Shown here in pieces: positions 1 through 9,666 of a stretch of DNA of 32,000 bases (positions are counted from its first letter, which is position 1; every line of letters starts with the position of its first letter). Under the pieces are notes generated by a model that was given only the letters and a program-made list of their open reading frames with translations, was not told the DNA's origin and did no database searches. Origin of the DNA: Bdellovibrionales bacterium (GTDB taxonomy: Bacteria; Bdellovibrionota; Bdellovibrionia; Bdellovibrionales; UBA1609); NCBI GenBank assembly GCA_963692945.1, contig OY843585.1, positions 240,001-272,000 on the forward strand, given 5' to 3'. The position numbers and the translations under genes are program-made.

Positions 1-1598
1 AAAATACAAAAGAAGCTCTTATGGTTTTAGAGTTTCTTATACAAAATCCTAAGGAATCCCTATCCACTAAAAAAAGAGCCTCTCTCATGCAATGGAATGC
101 TGTAAAAAAGAGAAAAGACTTTAAGAACTGGAGATTAAGATCTCTGTCTTCTTTAATAAAACTTTATCCCAATCACTCCAAACAGGTGTCATGGAAAAAG
201 AAGGGAGTAAGTCTTATTGATAATCTCAATGAAAAAGATCTTCTAGGTTTTGCAGAAACAACTGAAAACTACAGTTCTTTTAAAGGCTATCTTCTTTACA
301 AAGCAGGACTCTTCTTTTGGAATAAAAAATCTATTAAAAGATCTAAATACTATTTTACAAGATCTCTTTCTGCACCCTTAGATCTTACTTTACAAAAAGA
401 AGTAAAATATTACTTACATATATTAATGGCCATCCAAAAAACCAACCCTTATTCTATAGGAGTCATCTTACCTTTAAGTGGACCACGAAAAGTTCTAGGA
501 CAAAAAATCTTAAGAGGTCTCAACATTGGATTTGGTCTAGAAGAAACGTCTCCATGGCAATTGATTATTATGGATAGCAAGGGACACCCTGATGTCACAA
601 AAGAATCTGTAGAAAAACTTTTATATGAACATCATGTGATAGGACTGATTGGTGGAGTTGGAAATGAAACGGCAGAGGTTATTGCAGAGATATCTTCTAA
701 ACTTGGAATCCCGTCTATTTTATTTTCTCAACAAGCCCATCTCACAACAAATAAAAATTTTGTGTTCCAAAATGCCCTCACAAGTCAAAGCCTTATGGAG
801 CCACTTACAAAAACGATCAGTAAGTCTCCTCTCCGAATAAAAAAAGTTGCTATTCTTGCTCCCAATGATTCTTATGGAAAAGAATACACTGAAGTTTTTA
901 GTCAAAAATTTAAAGAAAATGGTGGCACCATAACAGATGTTCAAACCTACAAACCAGGAGAGGTTGATTTTAAAACTCCTATAAAAAAACTTGTCCAGCT
1001 CTATGATCTTAAAAAAAGAAAAGAAGAATATAATAAACTCAAAGAAGATTATTTAAAAAAACATCCTTCTTTATCTAAACGATCAAAAAAATTAGACCCT
1101 GAAAAACTTCTAAAACCAAAAATAGATTTTGACGCTCTTTTTATCCCTGATTCTTTAACAACTTTAAAAAAAATAGAAGATCACCTTAAATATTATAGAA
1201 TAAAAAAGATTCACTTATTAGGAACAAATCTTTGGTCAAAAAAACAAATTCCTAAATGGTCAAAAAACAGACCTTTGATTTTTATAAACACCCCTCCTCT
1301 CTCAAATGAAGCCATAAAATCTTCTTCTTTTTTCAAAACCTATAGAAAGATTTTTTCTTCTTATCCTAAGTTTTTTGAACAACAAGCCTACAATACAGCT
1401 ATCACCTTTAAAAAAGCTCTTCAAAATAATGTAAGAACCCGCCTAGACCTTCAAAAAAATCTAGAAGACTTAAATTTGATTCAAGGAGCTCTCTACTCTT
1501 TTAAAATATCCAAGAATCGCTCGTTTATACATCCTCTCGTTATTTTTCGGACAGAAAATGACGAGGTCTTATCTCTGGACTCTATACCAGTTAAATAA
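1..1598 (+). CDS. Type-1 periplasmic-binding-fold protein (Leu/Ile/Val-binding / LpoA-like), probably 5'-truncated by the window edge
   Basis: ORF 21..1598. The frame stays open back to nt 3, so the true start may lie upstream of the window. The central region (GVILPLSGP..LGQKILRGLNIGF, HHVIGLIGGVGNETAEV, VAILAPNDSYGKEY, IHLLGTNLWS) resembles the PBP1/LivK fold. The N-terminal part looks helical-repeat-like, as in LpoA-type activators. The specific function is inferred only. Confidence 0.55.
   Translation, partial: NTKEALMVLEFLIQNPKESLSTKKRASLMQWNAVKKRKDFKNWRLRSLSSLIKLYPNHSKQVSWKKKGVSLIDNLNEKDLLGFAETTENYSSFKGYLLYKAGLFFWNKKSIKRSKYYFTRSLSAPLDLTLQKEVKYYLHILMAIQKTNPYSIGVILPLSGPRKVLGQKILRGLNIGFGLEETSPWQLIIMDSKGHPDVTKESVEKLLYEHHVIGLIGGVGNETAEVIAEISSKLGIPSILFSQQAHLTTNKNFVFQNALTSQSLMEPLTKTISKSPLRIKKVAILAPNDSYGKEYTEVFSQKFKENGGTITDVQTYKPGEVDFKTPIKKLVQLYDLKKRKEEYNKLKEDYLKKHPSLSKRSKKLDPEKLLKPKIDFDALFIPDSLTTLKKIEDHLKYYRIKKIHLLGTNLWSKKQIPKWSKNRPLIFINTPPLSNEAIKSSSFFKTYRKIFSSYPKFFEQQAYNTAITFKKALQNNVRTRLDLQKNLEDLNLIQGALYSFKISKNRSFIHPLVIFRTENDEVLSLDSIPVK
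1101..1250 (+). repeat. Inverted-repeat copy A (source copy inside the PBP-fold gene)
   Basis: The reverse complement of 1101-1250 matches 6106-6254 with 3 internal mismatches, by my own alignment. Here it encodes EKLLKPKIDFDALFIPDSLTTLKKIEDHLKYYRIKKIHLLGTNLWSKKQI in a sensible domain context. Confidence 0.95.
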
Positions 1599-1663
1599 AA
1601 TTTTTATTTTATTCATTCAATAACTTTTCTAAACATCCGAAAAGATTCTTAGAGGATGAACTT

Positions 1664-4030
1664 ATGAAATTAAATAAACGGTTTCCAAAAAAAATGTCTT
1701 TAATTCCTTTAAAAGACACTATTGTATTACCTCAATCTATACTGTCTGTTTATATCTCTCAAGAAAAATCAAAAGAACTTATCACTTCTGCTTTCAATAA
1801 TAATAAATTTATTTTTACTTCTGCCTATGAATCTTCTGAAGAAAATATAAACAATGTCTATAAAGTGGGTTGTATTTCTTTAATTATGAGAATAAAACCT
1901 ATGGAAGATGGTCGCCTTAAAATAATGATACAAGGCCTTTGCCGTGCAACTATAAAAAATTTCTTAAAGACCTCCTCGCAAGTTGAACTAGATTGTTTCT
2001 TAGAAGAACAAGAAGATTTACCAAATAAAAAAACCGAAATCAATGAACTCAAAAAGGACTTAAAAGAACTTTCTCAATTTAAAGAATCCATTTCACCAGA
2101 ATTTTTAATTGTTATCAATTCTATTGAAACCCCTGGCCATCTCTGTGATTTTATTTTAAATAACTTAGATTTGAAAACCCATGAAGTTCAAAAGGCTTTA
2201 GAAACTTTTGATATATCAGAAAGATTGAAGTTAACAAAAAAAACTCTTTCTACTGAGTTAGAAATTTCTAAACTTCAAGATCGTATTCAAAGCCTTCTTA
2301 AAAAAGGATTGCCTAAACCTCTCTTCAACCCTTATGACAGCCAAAAATATCAAGGAGGAGGAGGAGTAAATTCTTCTAAAAAAGAAGAGGTTAATGAATT
2401 TTTATCACGTATTGAAAAAAAGAATCTGCCAGAAGAAGTCTTAACAGAGGCTCGTAAACAACTGAGTCGTCTTGAAAAAATGCATGCGGAAAGTAGTGAA
2501 TCTTCTATGCTTAGAAATTATTTGGACTGGATATTAGAAATCCCTTGGTTTGATTACAGCGAAGATAATTTAGACTTAAAAAATGCTCAAACCATTTTAG
2601 ACAAAGATCATTTTGAATTAAAAAAGTCTAAAGAAAGAATTTTAGAATTTTTAGCTGTTAGAACATTAAAGCCAAAAAACTTAAAAGGACCAATCATTTG
2701 TTTTGTAGGGCCTCCGGGTGTAGGAAAAACCTCTCTTGGAAAAAGCATTGCAACGGCTATGGGACGATCTTACCAACGTATTTCCTTAGGTGGAATAAAA
2801 GATGAAGCAGAAATTAGAGGTCATAGAAGAACTTATGTAGGATCTATGCCAGGGAAAATCATTCAAGCTATAAAGTCTGCTCAAACTAACAATCCTGTTA
2901 TTGTTTTAGATGAGATTGATAAACTAGGGAATGACTTTCGCGGAGACCCGAGCTCTGCTCTTTTAGAGGTTTTAGACCCTGAACAAAATCACGCTTTTAA
3001 AGATCATTATTTAAATTTAAATTTTGATCTCTCTAAGGTTCTCTTTATTGCCACAGCAAATCTTATAGATAATATTCCTCCCGCTTTAAGGGATCGGTTA
3101 GAAATTATTCCTATCTCTGGTTACACTCAAACTGAAAAAATAGAGATTGCAAAAAAATATCTTATTGAAAAAGAATTGGAAAGCAATGGACTCCCTAAAG
3201 ATCATATTCAATTTACACAAGAAAGTTTAAAACATTTGGTGTCTGGCTACACTCAAGAAGCAGGATTAAGAAATTTAAAAAGAGAAATTTCTTCTATTTG
3301 TAGAAAGATAGCAAAAGATTATGTCTTAGGAGACAAAGAAAAACAAACTATAGATAAAAACCTTATTGTAAAGTTGCTAGGTAGTCCTTATTTTTATCCA
3401 GAAGAACTTTTAAAAGAATCAAAAGTAGGGATTGCTACAGGTTTAGCTTGGACTTCTGTCGGAGGACAAATCCTACATGTAGAAGCTATTAAAGTTAAGA
3501 ATAAAAAAGGGGGGCTTATCCTTACAGGTAAATTAGGAGAAGTTATGAAAGAATCAGCTCAAGCGGCTTTATCTTATGTAAAATCTTATACTGAATTGAA
3601 TCTGTCTTCTGAATGGTTTGAAACTAATGAAATTCATGTTCATTTACCAGGAGGAGCCATACCAAAAGATGGTCCTTCAGCTGGTGTAACTTTAGCTTCT
3701 TCTTTAATCTCTCTTATTACAAATATTCCTATACGAAAGGACTTAGCAATGACAGGAGAAATCACTTTGTCTGGAAGAGTGTTACCTGTAGGAGGAGTTA
3801 AAGAAAAAGTATTAGCTGCTTTTAATCATGGCATAAAAAACATCATTTTACCGAAACAAAATGAAAAAGATTTAAAAGATATTAAGAAAGAAGTTAAAGA
3901 TACATTAAATTTTATTCTTGTTTCTAATTTAGATGAAGTCTTTAAAGCCACTCTCTTGATTTCTAAACCAGTTGAAAAACAATCCATTAAAGATTTACTA
4001 GAAAATAAAAACTTTAATGATGTGGCTTAA
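1664..4030 (+). CDS. lon: ATP-dependent Lon protease
   Basis: 788 aa. It has a Lon N-terminal substrate domain, Walker A GPPGVGKTS, Walker B VIVLDEIDK, the catalytic Ser context PKDGPSAGVT and the downstream GGVKEKVLAA Lys. An AGAGGA SD-like sequence lies upstream of the ATG. Confidence 0.96.
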   Translation: MKLNKRFPKKMSLIPLKDTIVLPQSILSVYISQEKSKELITSAFNNNKFIFTSAYESSEENINNVYKVGCISLIMRIKPMEDGRLKIMIQGLCRATIKNFLKTSSQVELDCFLEEQEDLPNKKTEINELKKDLKELSQFKESISPEFLIVINSIETPGHLCDFILNNLDLKTHEVQKALETFDISERLKLTKKTLSTELEISKLQDRIQSLLKKGLPKPLFNPYDSQKYQGGGGVNSSKKEEVNEFLSRIEKKNLPEEVLTEARKQLSRLEKMHAESSESSMLRNYLDWILEIPWFDYSEDNLDLKNAQTILDKDHFELKKSKERILEFLAVRTLKPKNLKGPIICFVGPPGVGKTSLGKSIATAMGRSYQRISLGGIKDEAEIRGHRRTYVGSMPGKIIQAIKSAQTNNPVIVLDEIDKLGNDFRGDPSSALLEVLDPEQNHAFKDHYLNLNFDLSKVLFIATANLIDNIPPALRDRLEIIPISGYTQTEKIEIAKKYLIEKELESNGLPKDHIQFTQESLKHLVSGYTQEAGLRNLKREISSICRKIAKDYVLGDKEKQTIDKNLIVKLLGSPYFYPEELLKESKVGIATGLAWTSVGGQILHVEAIKVKNKKGGLILTGKLGEVMKESAQAALSYVKSYTELNLSSEWFETNEIHVHLPGGAIPKDGPSAGVTLASSLISLITNIPIRKDLAMTGEITLSGRVLPVGGVKEKVLAAFNHGIKNIILPKQNEKDLKDIKKEVKDTLNFILVSNLDEVFKATLLISKPVEKQSIKDLLENKNFNDVA

Positions 4031-4099
4031 TTCATAAACCCTTTCCCCTTGAATAAGTAACAACTTTCTTTTTACAAATTGAGTTATACTAACAACCTG

Positions 4100-4423
4100 T
4101 TATAGATTGATTTCTTCTAATCGGTCTTTTTCTTGCTCTAAAAATTGCACCAGTTGATTTAAATCTTCTATCTCTGTTTTCAAATGATTTATCTCTCTAT
4201 CCTTATCATCAAGAAGAGCTTGGTAGAGATTTTTTAATTCTTTAAAAGAAGTATTGTCTGATTTCTCTTGAAAAGAATTTTCAAAAGAGGCACGGATAAG
4301 ATAACGACCATTGTTGAATGTGTATTCAATTTCTCTCGCCTTTATCCGTCGCCGAAGAGTTGAAATACTCACTTTATATTTATTTGAGTACTCTTGTAGT
4401 GTCAGCCATTCCTGTGTTGCCAT
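4100..4423 (-). CDS. Small DNA-binding protein: excisionase/MerR-type helix-turn-helix with a C-terminal coiled coil
   Basis: 107 aa. The N-terminus WLTLQEYSNKYKVSISTLRRRIKAREIEY..GRYLI matches the HTH_17/excisionase-like pattern. The C-terminal 45 aa are heptad-like and charged (LKTEIEDLNQLVQFLEQEKDRLEEI). Confidence 0.6.
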   Translation of the reverse strand: MATQEWLTLQEYSNKYKVSISTLRRRIKAREIEYTFNNGRYLIRASFENSFQEKSDNTSFKELKNLYQALLDDKDREINHLKTEIEDLNQLVQFLEQEKDRLEEINL

Positions 4424-4620
4424 AAAACATTCTCTCTGCTTCTATGATTTTTTATTTGAATACTCAAGTCAAGTAAGCACTAGTCAAAAATTCCTATGAC
4501 TAATCAAATTTACGATACCTAATCAAAACTCCTCATTTTGACAAAAGATGTCTTACAAAACGGACTATCCTCTTCTTTAAAGAACTTTCTATTTCTTTTG
4601 ACTATCTATCTGACTAATCA

Positions 4621-6048
4621 TTAGAGAAAAAAGCCAAAAATAAAAGATCCTAAAAGAGTCCCAAGACTTGTAAAAAGAATTAGAATTTTTGATACAAGGT
4701 GCCACTCAAGAATCTGCCCCTCTTCTTTTTTAAAGTCCATCATAATAGTTATAGGTTTTATATAATAATAAAGACCTATCGCAGAACCAATAAAAGCCCA
4801 GAAAAGAACCCACCAATGAGCACTTAATACAAGAGGTTGAAAAAGAGCCACTTTTGCAAAAAATCCAAAAGTAGGAGGAAGACCTGCTAAACCTATTAAA
4901 AATAACGAAATGGCTAAGGCAAAGAGAGGATAGGTTTTAAACAAAGCTCTTAAATCTTTTAACTCAGGTTGAGAAGATGTTTTTGTTTCCAAACACTGAA
5001 TGGCTGTTAAAAGCCCTCCTGTCATAAAAATATAAGAAATAAGATAATAAACAACCACTGAAAAATCTTTTGAATCACTAGTCAAACTTAAAATTCCAAC
5101 CAAAGCCATCATTAAGTAACCGGAGTGAGCTACACTTGAAAAAGCCACCAAACGTTTTAATTTTGTTTGTTTTAAAGCCATGATGTTCCCAAACAAAAGA
5201 GTTAAAACACTTGCTACAGCAAGGCCTGAAATAAAAATAAATCCATGTTCTCCTTTTTCAAAAAAAGGTAAAGTGAAAAGCCTTCCAATAAAAAGAACAA
5301 CCGAAGACTTAAGAGCTGTTGCCATAAAGGAAGTCATAGGTGTAAGAGCTCCTTGATAAACATCGGCCAACCAAAATTGAAAAGGAAAAAGAGCCACTTT
5401 AAAAAACAGTCCACAAAAAACAAGAGTGAATCCCAAAAAGATAAATCTATTGTAAGAATCCATCTGACTTAAGAAAAAATCTTTAATTTCTAAAGACCCT
5501 GTTGCTCCAAATAGAAAAGAAAGCCCGTAAAGAAACACAACACCAGACAAAGCACTCAATACAAAATACTTCATAGAAGATTCTAAACAAAAAAGATCTT
5601 TTCGACTCATTGCTAAAGTGATGTAAATAATCAAAGAAGCCGTCTCCAACCCTATAAAAGAAGTTAATAAATCTTGAGACAAACAAAAAATATAAAGAGC
5701 AGCCACTCCATGAGAAAAGAAAAATAAAGTTTCTGTAAGTTGTTTTTTATCAATCCAAGAGTTAAACCGAAAAAGAAACAAGCTTTGCAGGCTAGCTAAA
5801 GCCACTAAGACACAAGCTATGGTTTCATAAGAAGCAAATTTTAAAGATAAAACCTCTTGCCCTTCAAACCCTACAATAAAAAATAAAAGGAGAGAGCTTA
5901 CAATTCCAAGAGCATGAAAAGAAATCAATACAGAAGAGTTTATCTCTTTATTCCCATTCAATACTTTTAAAGTTAAAGGAATAAAAGCCATTAAGCTTAC
6001 AATCCAACAAGGTGAAAGTTGAAAAAAAGATTCTAGAGAAAGTTCCAT
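4621..6048 (-). CDS. nuoN: NADH-quinone oxidoreductase subunit N
   Basis: 475 aa polytopic membrane protein of the antiporter-like family. It is the last gene of the nuo cluster, and its ATG overlaps the nuoM stop (TAATG at 6046-6050). Confidence 0.85.
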   Translation of the reverse strand: MELSLESFFQLSPCWIVSLMAFIPLTLKVLNGNKEINSSVLISFHALGIVSSLLLFFIVGFEGQEVLSLKFASYETIACVLVALASLQSLFLFRFNSWIDKKQLTETLFFFSHGVAALYIFCLSQDLLTSFIGLETASLIIYITLAMSRKDLFCLESSMKYFVLSALSGVVFLYGLSFLFGATGSLEIKDFFLSQMDSYNRFIFLGFTLVFCGLFFKVALFPFQFWLADVYQGALTPMTSFMATALKSSVVLFIGRLFTLPFFEKGEHGFIFISGLAVASVLTLLFGNIMALKQTKLKRLVAFSSVAHSGYLMMALVGILSLTSDSKDFSVVVYYLISYIFMTGGLLTAIQCLETKTSSQPELKDLRALFKTYPLFALAISLFLIGLAGLPPTFGFFAKVALFQPLVLSAHWWVLFWAFIGSAIGLYYYIKPITIMMDFKKEEGQILEWHLVSKILILFTSLGTLLGSFIFGFFL

Positions 6049-7787
6049 TAAAAATCCTCTTTAAAAATCATTGTGTTTAAAATATTTTTAGAACCCAGTT
6101 TTGAGATTTGTTTTTTTGACCAAAGATTTGTTCCTAATAAGTGAATCTTTTTTATTCTATAATATTTAAGATGATCTTCTCTTTTTTTTAAAGCTGTTAA
6201 AGAATCAGGGATAAAAAGAGCGTCAAAATCTATTTTTGGTTTTAGAAGTTTTTCTTCCTCTACTATCCTTTTTTTAAAGGAGCTCGCTTTTGAATTTTGA
6301 TGTTTGTGTGTTGGCAAAGTGTAGTTGTAACGATTGTTGTTTAAATGCTCTAAAGAAGAGGAAGAGTAGTTCAAAAAGATATTTGGAAACACTCCCATTA
6401 AAAAAACCAGAATCGTCAAAGGTGTTAAAAAACAAATCTCCCTTAAGTTAAGGTCTTTAAGCCCTTTTGATAAAGAGCTGGCTTCGGATAGGAAGACTTT
6501 CTGAAAAAGCCTCAACATATAAATAGCAGACAAAACGACTCCTAAGACAGCAAACCAAACCCAAATCTCTCCCGATAAATAAGACCCAAGCAAAACCAAA
6601 AATTCAGAAACAAAACCTCCTGTCAAAGGAAGAGCAATAGAAGATAATGTGATTATAAAAAAACTGATTGCAAACCAAGGCATCGTCTTTGCAAGCCCTC
6701 CATAATCAGAAATTTGTCTGCTTTTTGTTCTCTCATAAAGAAGGCCTACCAAAAGAAACAAGCCTGCCGAAGAGATTCCATGAGTGAGAGTTTGATAAAA
6801 AGCCCCTGTAACTCCATAGATATTAAAAGCAAACAACCCTATAAGCACATAAGCCATATGAGCCACAGAAGAATAGGCTATAAGTTTTTTCATATCTTTT
6901 TGAGCAAATGCCACTAAAGAGCTATAGATTAAACTAAAAACCGCCACTAACAAAAACAAAGTCGCATAATGGCTTGAAGCTTCTGGAAAAAGGGGAAGAA
7001 CAAAGCGAAACCAACCATAAGTTCCCATTTTTAACATAACAGCTGCCAAATAAACAGAAGCTCCTGTCGGAGCTTCTACATGAGCTAAGGGCAACCAAGT
7101 GTGAAAAGGAAACAAAGGAGTTTTAACAGCAAAGGCAAAGGCAAAACAAAGAAACAATAAATTTTGAGCACTTAAAAAATCTCCTTCTATAAATACAAGG
7201 TCCAACTTATAAAAATTTAACAGATTTGAAGAGAGCTCTCCAAAAGAAGATTCGGACATTAGCATCAAGGTTATAATTCCTCCTAATAAAAATAAAGAAG
7301 CAAAAAAGGTGTATATTAAAAATTTAAAGGCTGCATAAATGCGTTCCTTTCCTCCCCATAAATAAATAAGGAAAAAAAGTGGCAACAAAGACATTTCAAA
7401 AAAGAGATAAAAAAGAATAGCGTCAAAGCTTAAAAAAGTTCCAACTGAGAAACTAACAAGCAAAAAAAGAAGAAAGAAATAGACAGGACTATTTTGTTTC
7501 CAAGAACAAAGCACTGTTAAAGGAAGAAGAAAAGCACTCAAAAGAATATACCAAAAAGACAAGCCGTCTATAGCTAAAAAATACTCTACACCTAAAAAAG
7601 GAATAAAAGAGGCTTGTTGTGTAAGTTGTAGATGATGAGTGTTGGTATTAAATAAAAAAAAGAGGGAGCATGTTATCAAAAAATAAACCCCTCCTAAAAT
7701 CAAAGATCTCATTTGTAAATGACTCTTGGGGGAAACAAATAAGCTGGCTCCAAAAAAAAGAGGAAGAAAAATAAGAAAACTTAACAT
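6048..7787 (-). CDS. nuoM: NADH-quinone oxidoreductase subunit M with an abnormal, partly duplicated C-terminal extension
   Basis: 579 aa. The antiporter-like core (HVEAPTGASVYLAAVMLKMGTYG, IAYSSVAHMAYV) is typical NuoM. The last ~80 aa are hydrophilic and include 50 aa copied from the ORF at 21..1598 (see repeat 6106-6254). Confidence 0.85.
   Translation of the reverse strand: MLSFLIFLPLFFGASLFVSPKSHLQMRSLILGGVYFLITCSLFFLFNTNTHHLQLTQQASFIPFLGVEYFLAIDGLSFWYILLSAFLLPLTVLCSWKQNSPVYFFLLFLLVSFSVGTFLSFDAILFYLFFEMSLLPLFFLIYLWGGKERIYAAFKFLIYTFFASLFLLGGIITLMLMSESSFGELSSNLLNFYKLDLVFIEGDFLSAQNLLFLCFAFAFAVKTPLFPFHTWLPLAHVEAPTGASVYLAAVMLKMGTYGWFRFVLPLFPEASSHYATLFLLVAVFSLIYSSLVAFAQKDMKKLIAYSSVAHMAYVLIGLFAFNIYGVTGAFYQTLTHGISSAGLFLLVGLLYERTKSRQISDYGGLAKTMPWFAISFFIITLSSIALPLTGGFVSEFLVLLGSYLSGEIWVWFAVLGVVLSAIYMLRLFQKVFLSEASSLSKGLKDLNLREICFLTPLTILVFLMGVFPNIFLNYSSSSLEHLNNNRYNYTLPTHKHQNSKASSFKKRIVEEEKLLKPKIDFDALFIPDSLTALKKREDHLKYYRIKKIHLLGTNLWSKKQISKLGSKNILNTMIFKEDF
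6106..6254 (-). repeat. Inverted-repeat copy B (derived copy, in frame within the 3' end of nuoM)
   Basis: 149 bp, about 98% identical to the reverse complement of 1101-1250. It encodes EKLLKPKIDFDALFIPDSLTALKKREDHLKYYRIKKIHLLGTNLWSKKQI as part of the nuoM ORF. Confidence 0.95.
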
Positions 7788-7794
7788 AACTTTA

Positions 7795-9663
7795 TCACCT
7801 TAAAAAAACCAAAAATACAAAAACACTCAATCCCATCACAAAATACAAAGCATACGACTGAAGATTCCCATTCACCCAACAAGAAATTTCTCTCCTTACA
7901 GCTAACACTTGCTTTGAAAGAAAGATTATTCCCTCTTGAAAAAACCCTTTATCCAAAGATTGAAAACAAGATTCAGATAATTTAGAAAAATAAGGATAGA
8001 CGTATTTTTGCAAACCCTCTTCCGTGTAAAAAGATTTTTCTAAACACCTTTTCCAAAAAACAGGAACACTCTCTTTAGAAGCCTTCAAGTAATAATACGA
8101 AGTCACTCCTATAACAATCAAAGAGCCATAAACAGAAAGTCCCATTAAAAGTCCTTCTGTAAAAACAGAGGATTTAAAATCAGCAACGGAAAAGGCTGCT
8201 AAAAACTGATTTAAAAGATGGGGAGGGTGAAATCCTAGAAATCCTGAAAAAAGATGTGGAATTCCAATAAAACCTCCAAAAATAGCGAAAAAAGAAAGTG
8301 CAAATAAAGGAACTAAAATGGTAGGAGGACTCTCATGGGGTTTGGTTTTAAAGTTTTCTTTTCCAAAAAAAACAAGAACTGTCAATCGTGTCATATAAAA
8401 AGCTGTGCAAAAAGCTGTAACAAGAGCAATGAAATACAAACCATAATTCCCACTTGAAAAAAGAGCATGTAAAATTTCATCCTTACTAAAAAATCCAGAA
8501 AAAGGAGGAAGAGCAACAAGAGCAAGAGCTCCCACCATATAACTTAAAAAAGTTTTAGGAAAATATTTTTTCAACCCTCCCATAAAACGAATATCTTGTT
8601 CTCCTGAAAGCCCATGAATGAGAGAACCTGCACATAAAAAAAGGAGGGCTTTAAAAAACCCATGAGTTAAAAGGTGAAACACTCCTGTGGGAAAAGCCTT
8701 CACCCCTAAAGCCATAAACATATAACCCAGCTGAGAAATAGTAGAGTAAGCTAAAACTTTTTTTAAATCCCATTGCCTTGTTGCCACTAAAGCAGCTCCC
8801 AAGGAAGTGATGGCACCCACCCAACCAATCAAAAGAAGTAAATCTGGAGAAGAAGAGTAAAGACCAAAGAGCCGAACCACCATATAAATCCCCGCCGTAA
8901 CCATAGTGGCTGCATGTATAAGAGCGGAAACTGGTGTTGGACCAGCCATAGCGTCAGCCAACCAAATATGAAGAGGCATTTGGGCTGATTTTCCAGTGGC
9001 ACCTAAAAAGAGCAACAAAGCCCCTAAAGTTCCTGGGTTTAAAAATCCTGAAAAACTTTTTCCTAAAAATAAGTTGTTTAATTCTGAAAAATTTAAACTT
9101 CCAAAATGAGCAAAAATTAAAAACATTCCTATTAAAAAACATGCATCCCCTATTCGATTCACAATAAAGGCTTTCATACCAGCTTGAACTTTTAAAGAAT
9201 CTTTAAACCAAAAACCAATCAAAAGATAAGAACAAAGTCCAACACCTTCCCACCCCACAAACAAAAGAGGAAGGTTGTCTGCTAACACAAGCACTAACAT
9301 CATAAAAACAAAAAGATTCAAATAAGCAAAGTAACGAGTTATTCCTTTATCTTGAGACATATAAGAGATGCTATAAATATGAATCAAAAAACCTACACCT
9401 GTAATTAAAAGAATCATGATGAGACTTAAAGGATCAACAACAAAAGAAAAAGGAATATTTAAGTTTCCTATAGAAATCCAAGACCCTAGATTCAAAGATT
9501 GACTTTCAAAATTGAAAGTCAAAAAACAGTAAGTCGCACTCAAAAAAGAAACCAAACAAGCTCCTGAACCAATCCACCCAGAAATCTTTGTAACGGGACT
9601 TTTAAACCTAAAAGCATTGATTAAAAAACCAACAAAAGGAGCTAGAATTAAACTTAATAACAT
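7795..9663 (-). CDS. nuoL: NADH-quinone oxidoreductase subunit L
   Basis: 622 aa. Motifs are WEGVGLCSYLLIGFW, HAATMVTAGIYMV and LAYSTISQLGYM, with a long C-terminal region typical of NuoL. Confidence 0.92.
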   Translation of the reverse strand: MLLSLILAPFVGFLINAFRFKSPVTKISGWIGSGACLVSFLSATYCFLTFNFESQSLNLGSWISIGNLNIPFSFVVDPLSLIMILLITGVGFLIHIYSISYMSQDKGITRYFAYLNLFVFMMLVLVLADNLPLLFVGWEGVGLCSYLLIGFWFKDSLKVQAGMKAFIVNRIGDACFLIGMFLIFAHFGSLNFSELNNLFLGKSFSGFLNPGTLGALLLFLGATGKSAQMPLHIWLADAMAGPTPVSALIHAATMVTAGIYMVVRLFGLYSSSPDLLLLIGWVGAITSLGAALVATRQWDLKKVLAYSTISQLGYMFMALGVKAFPTGVFHLLTHGFFKALLFLCAGSLIHGLSGEQDIRFMGGLKKYFPKTFLSYMVGALALVALPPFSGFFSKDEILHALFSSGNYGLYFIALVTAFCTAFYMTRLTVLVFFGKENFKTKPHESPPTILVPLFALSFFAIFGGFIGIPHLFSGFLGFHPPHLLNQFLAAFSVADFKSSVFTEGLLMGLSVYGSLIVIGVTSYYYLKASKESVPVFWKRCLEKSFYTEEGLQKYVYPYFSKLSESCFQSLDKGFFQEGIIFLSKQVLAVRREISCWVNGNLQSYALYFVMGLSVFVFLVFLR

Positions 9664-9666
9664 CTT

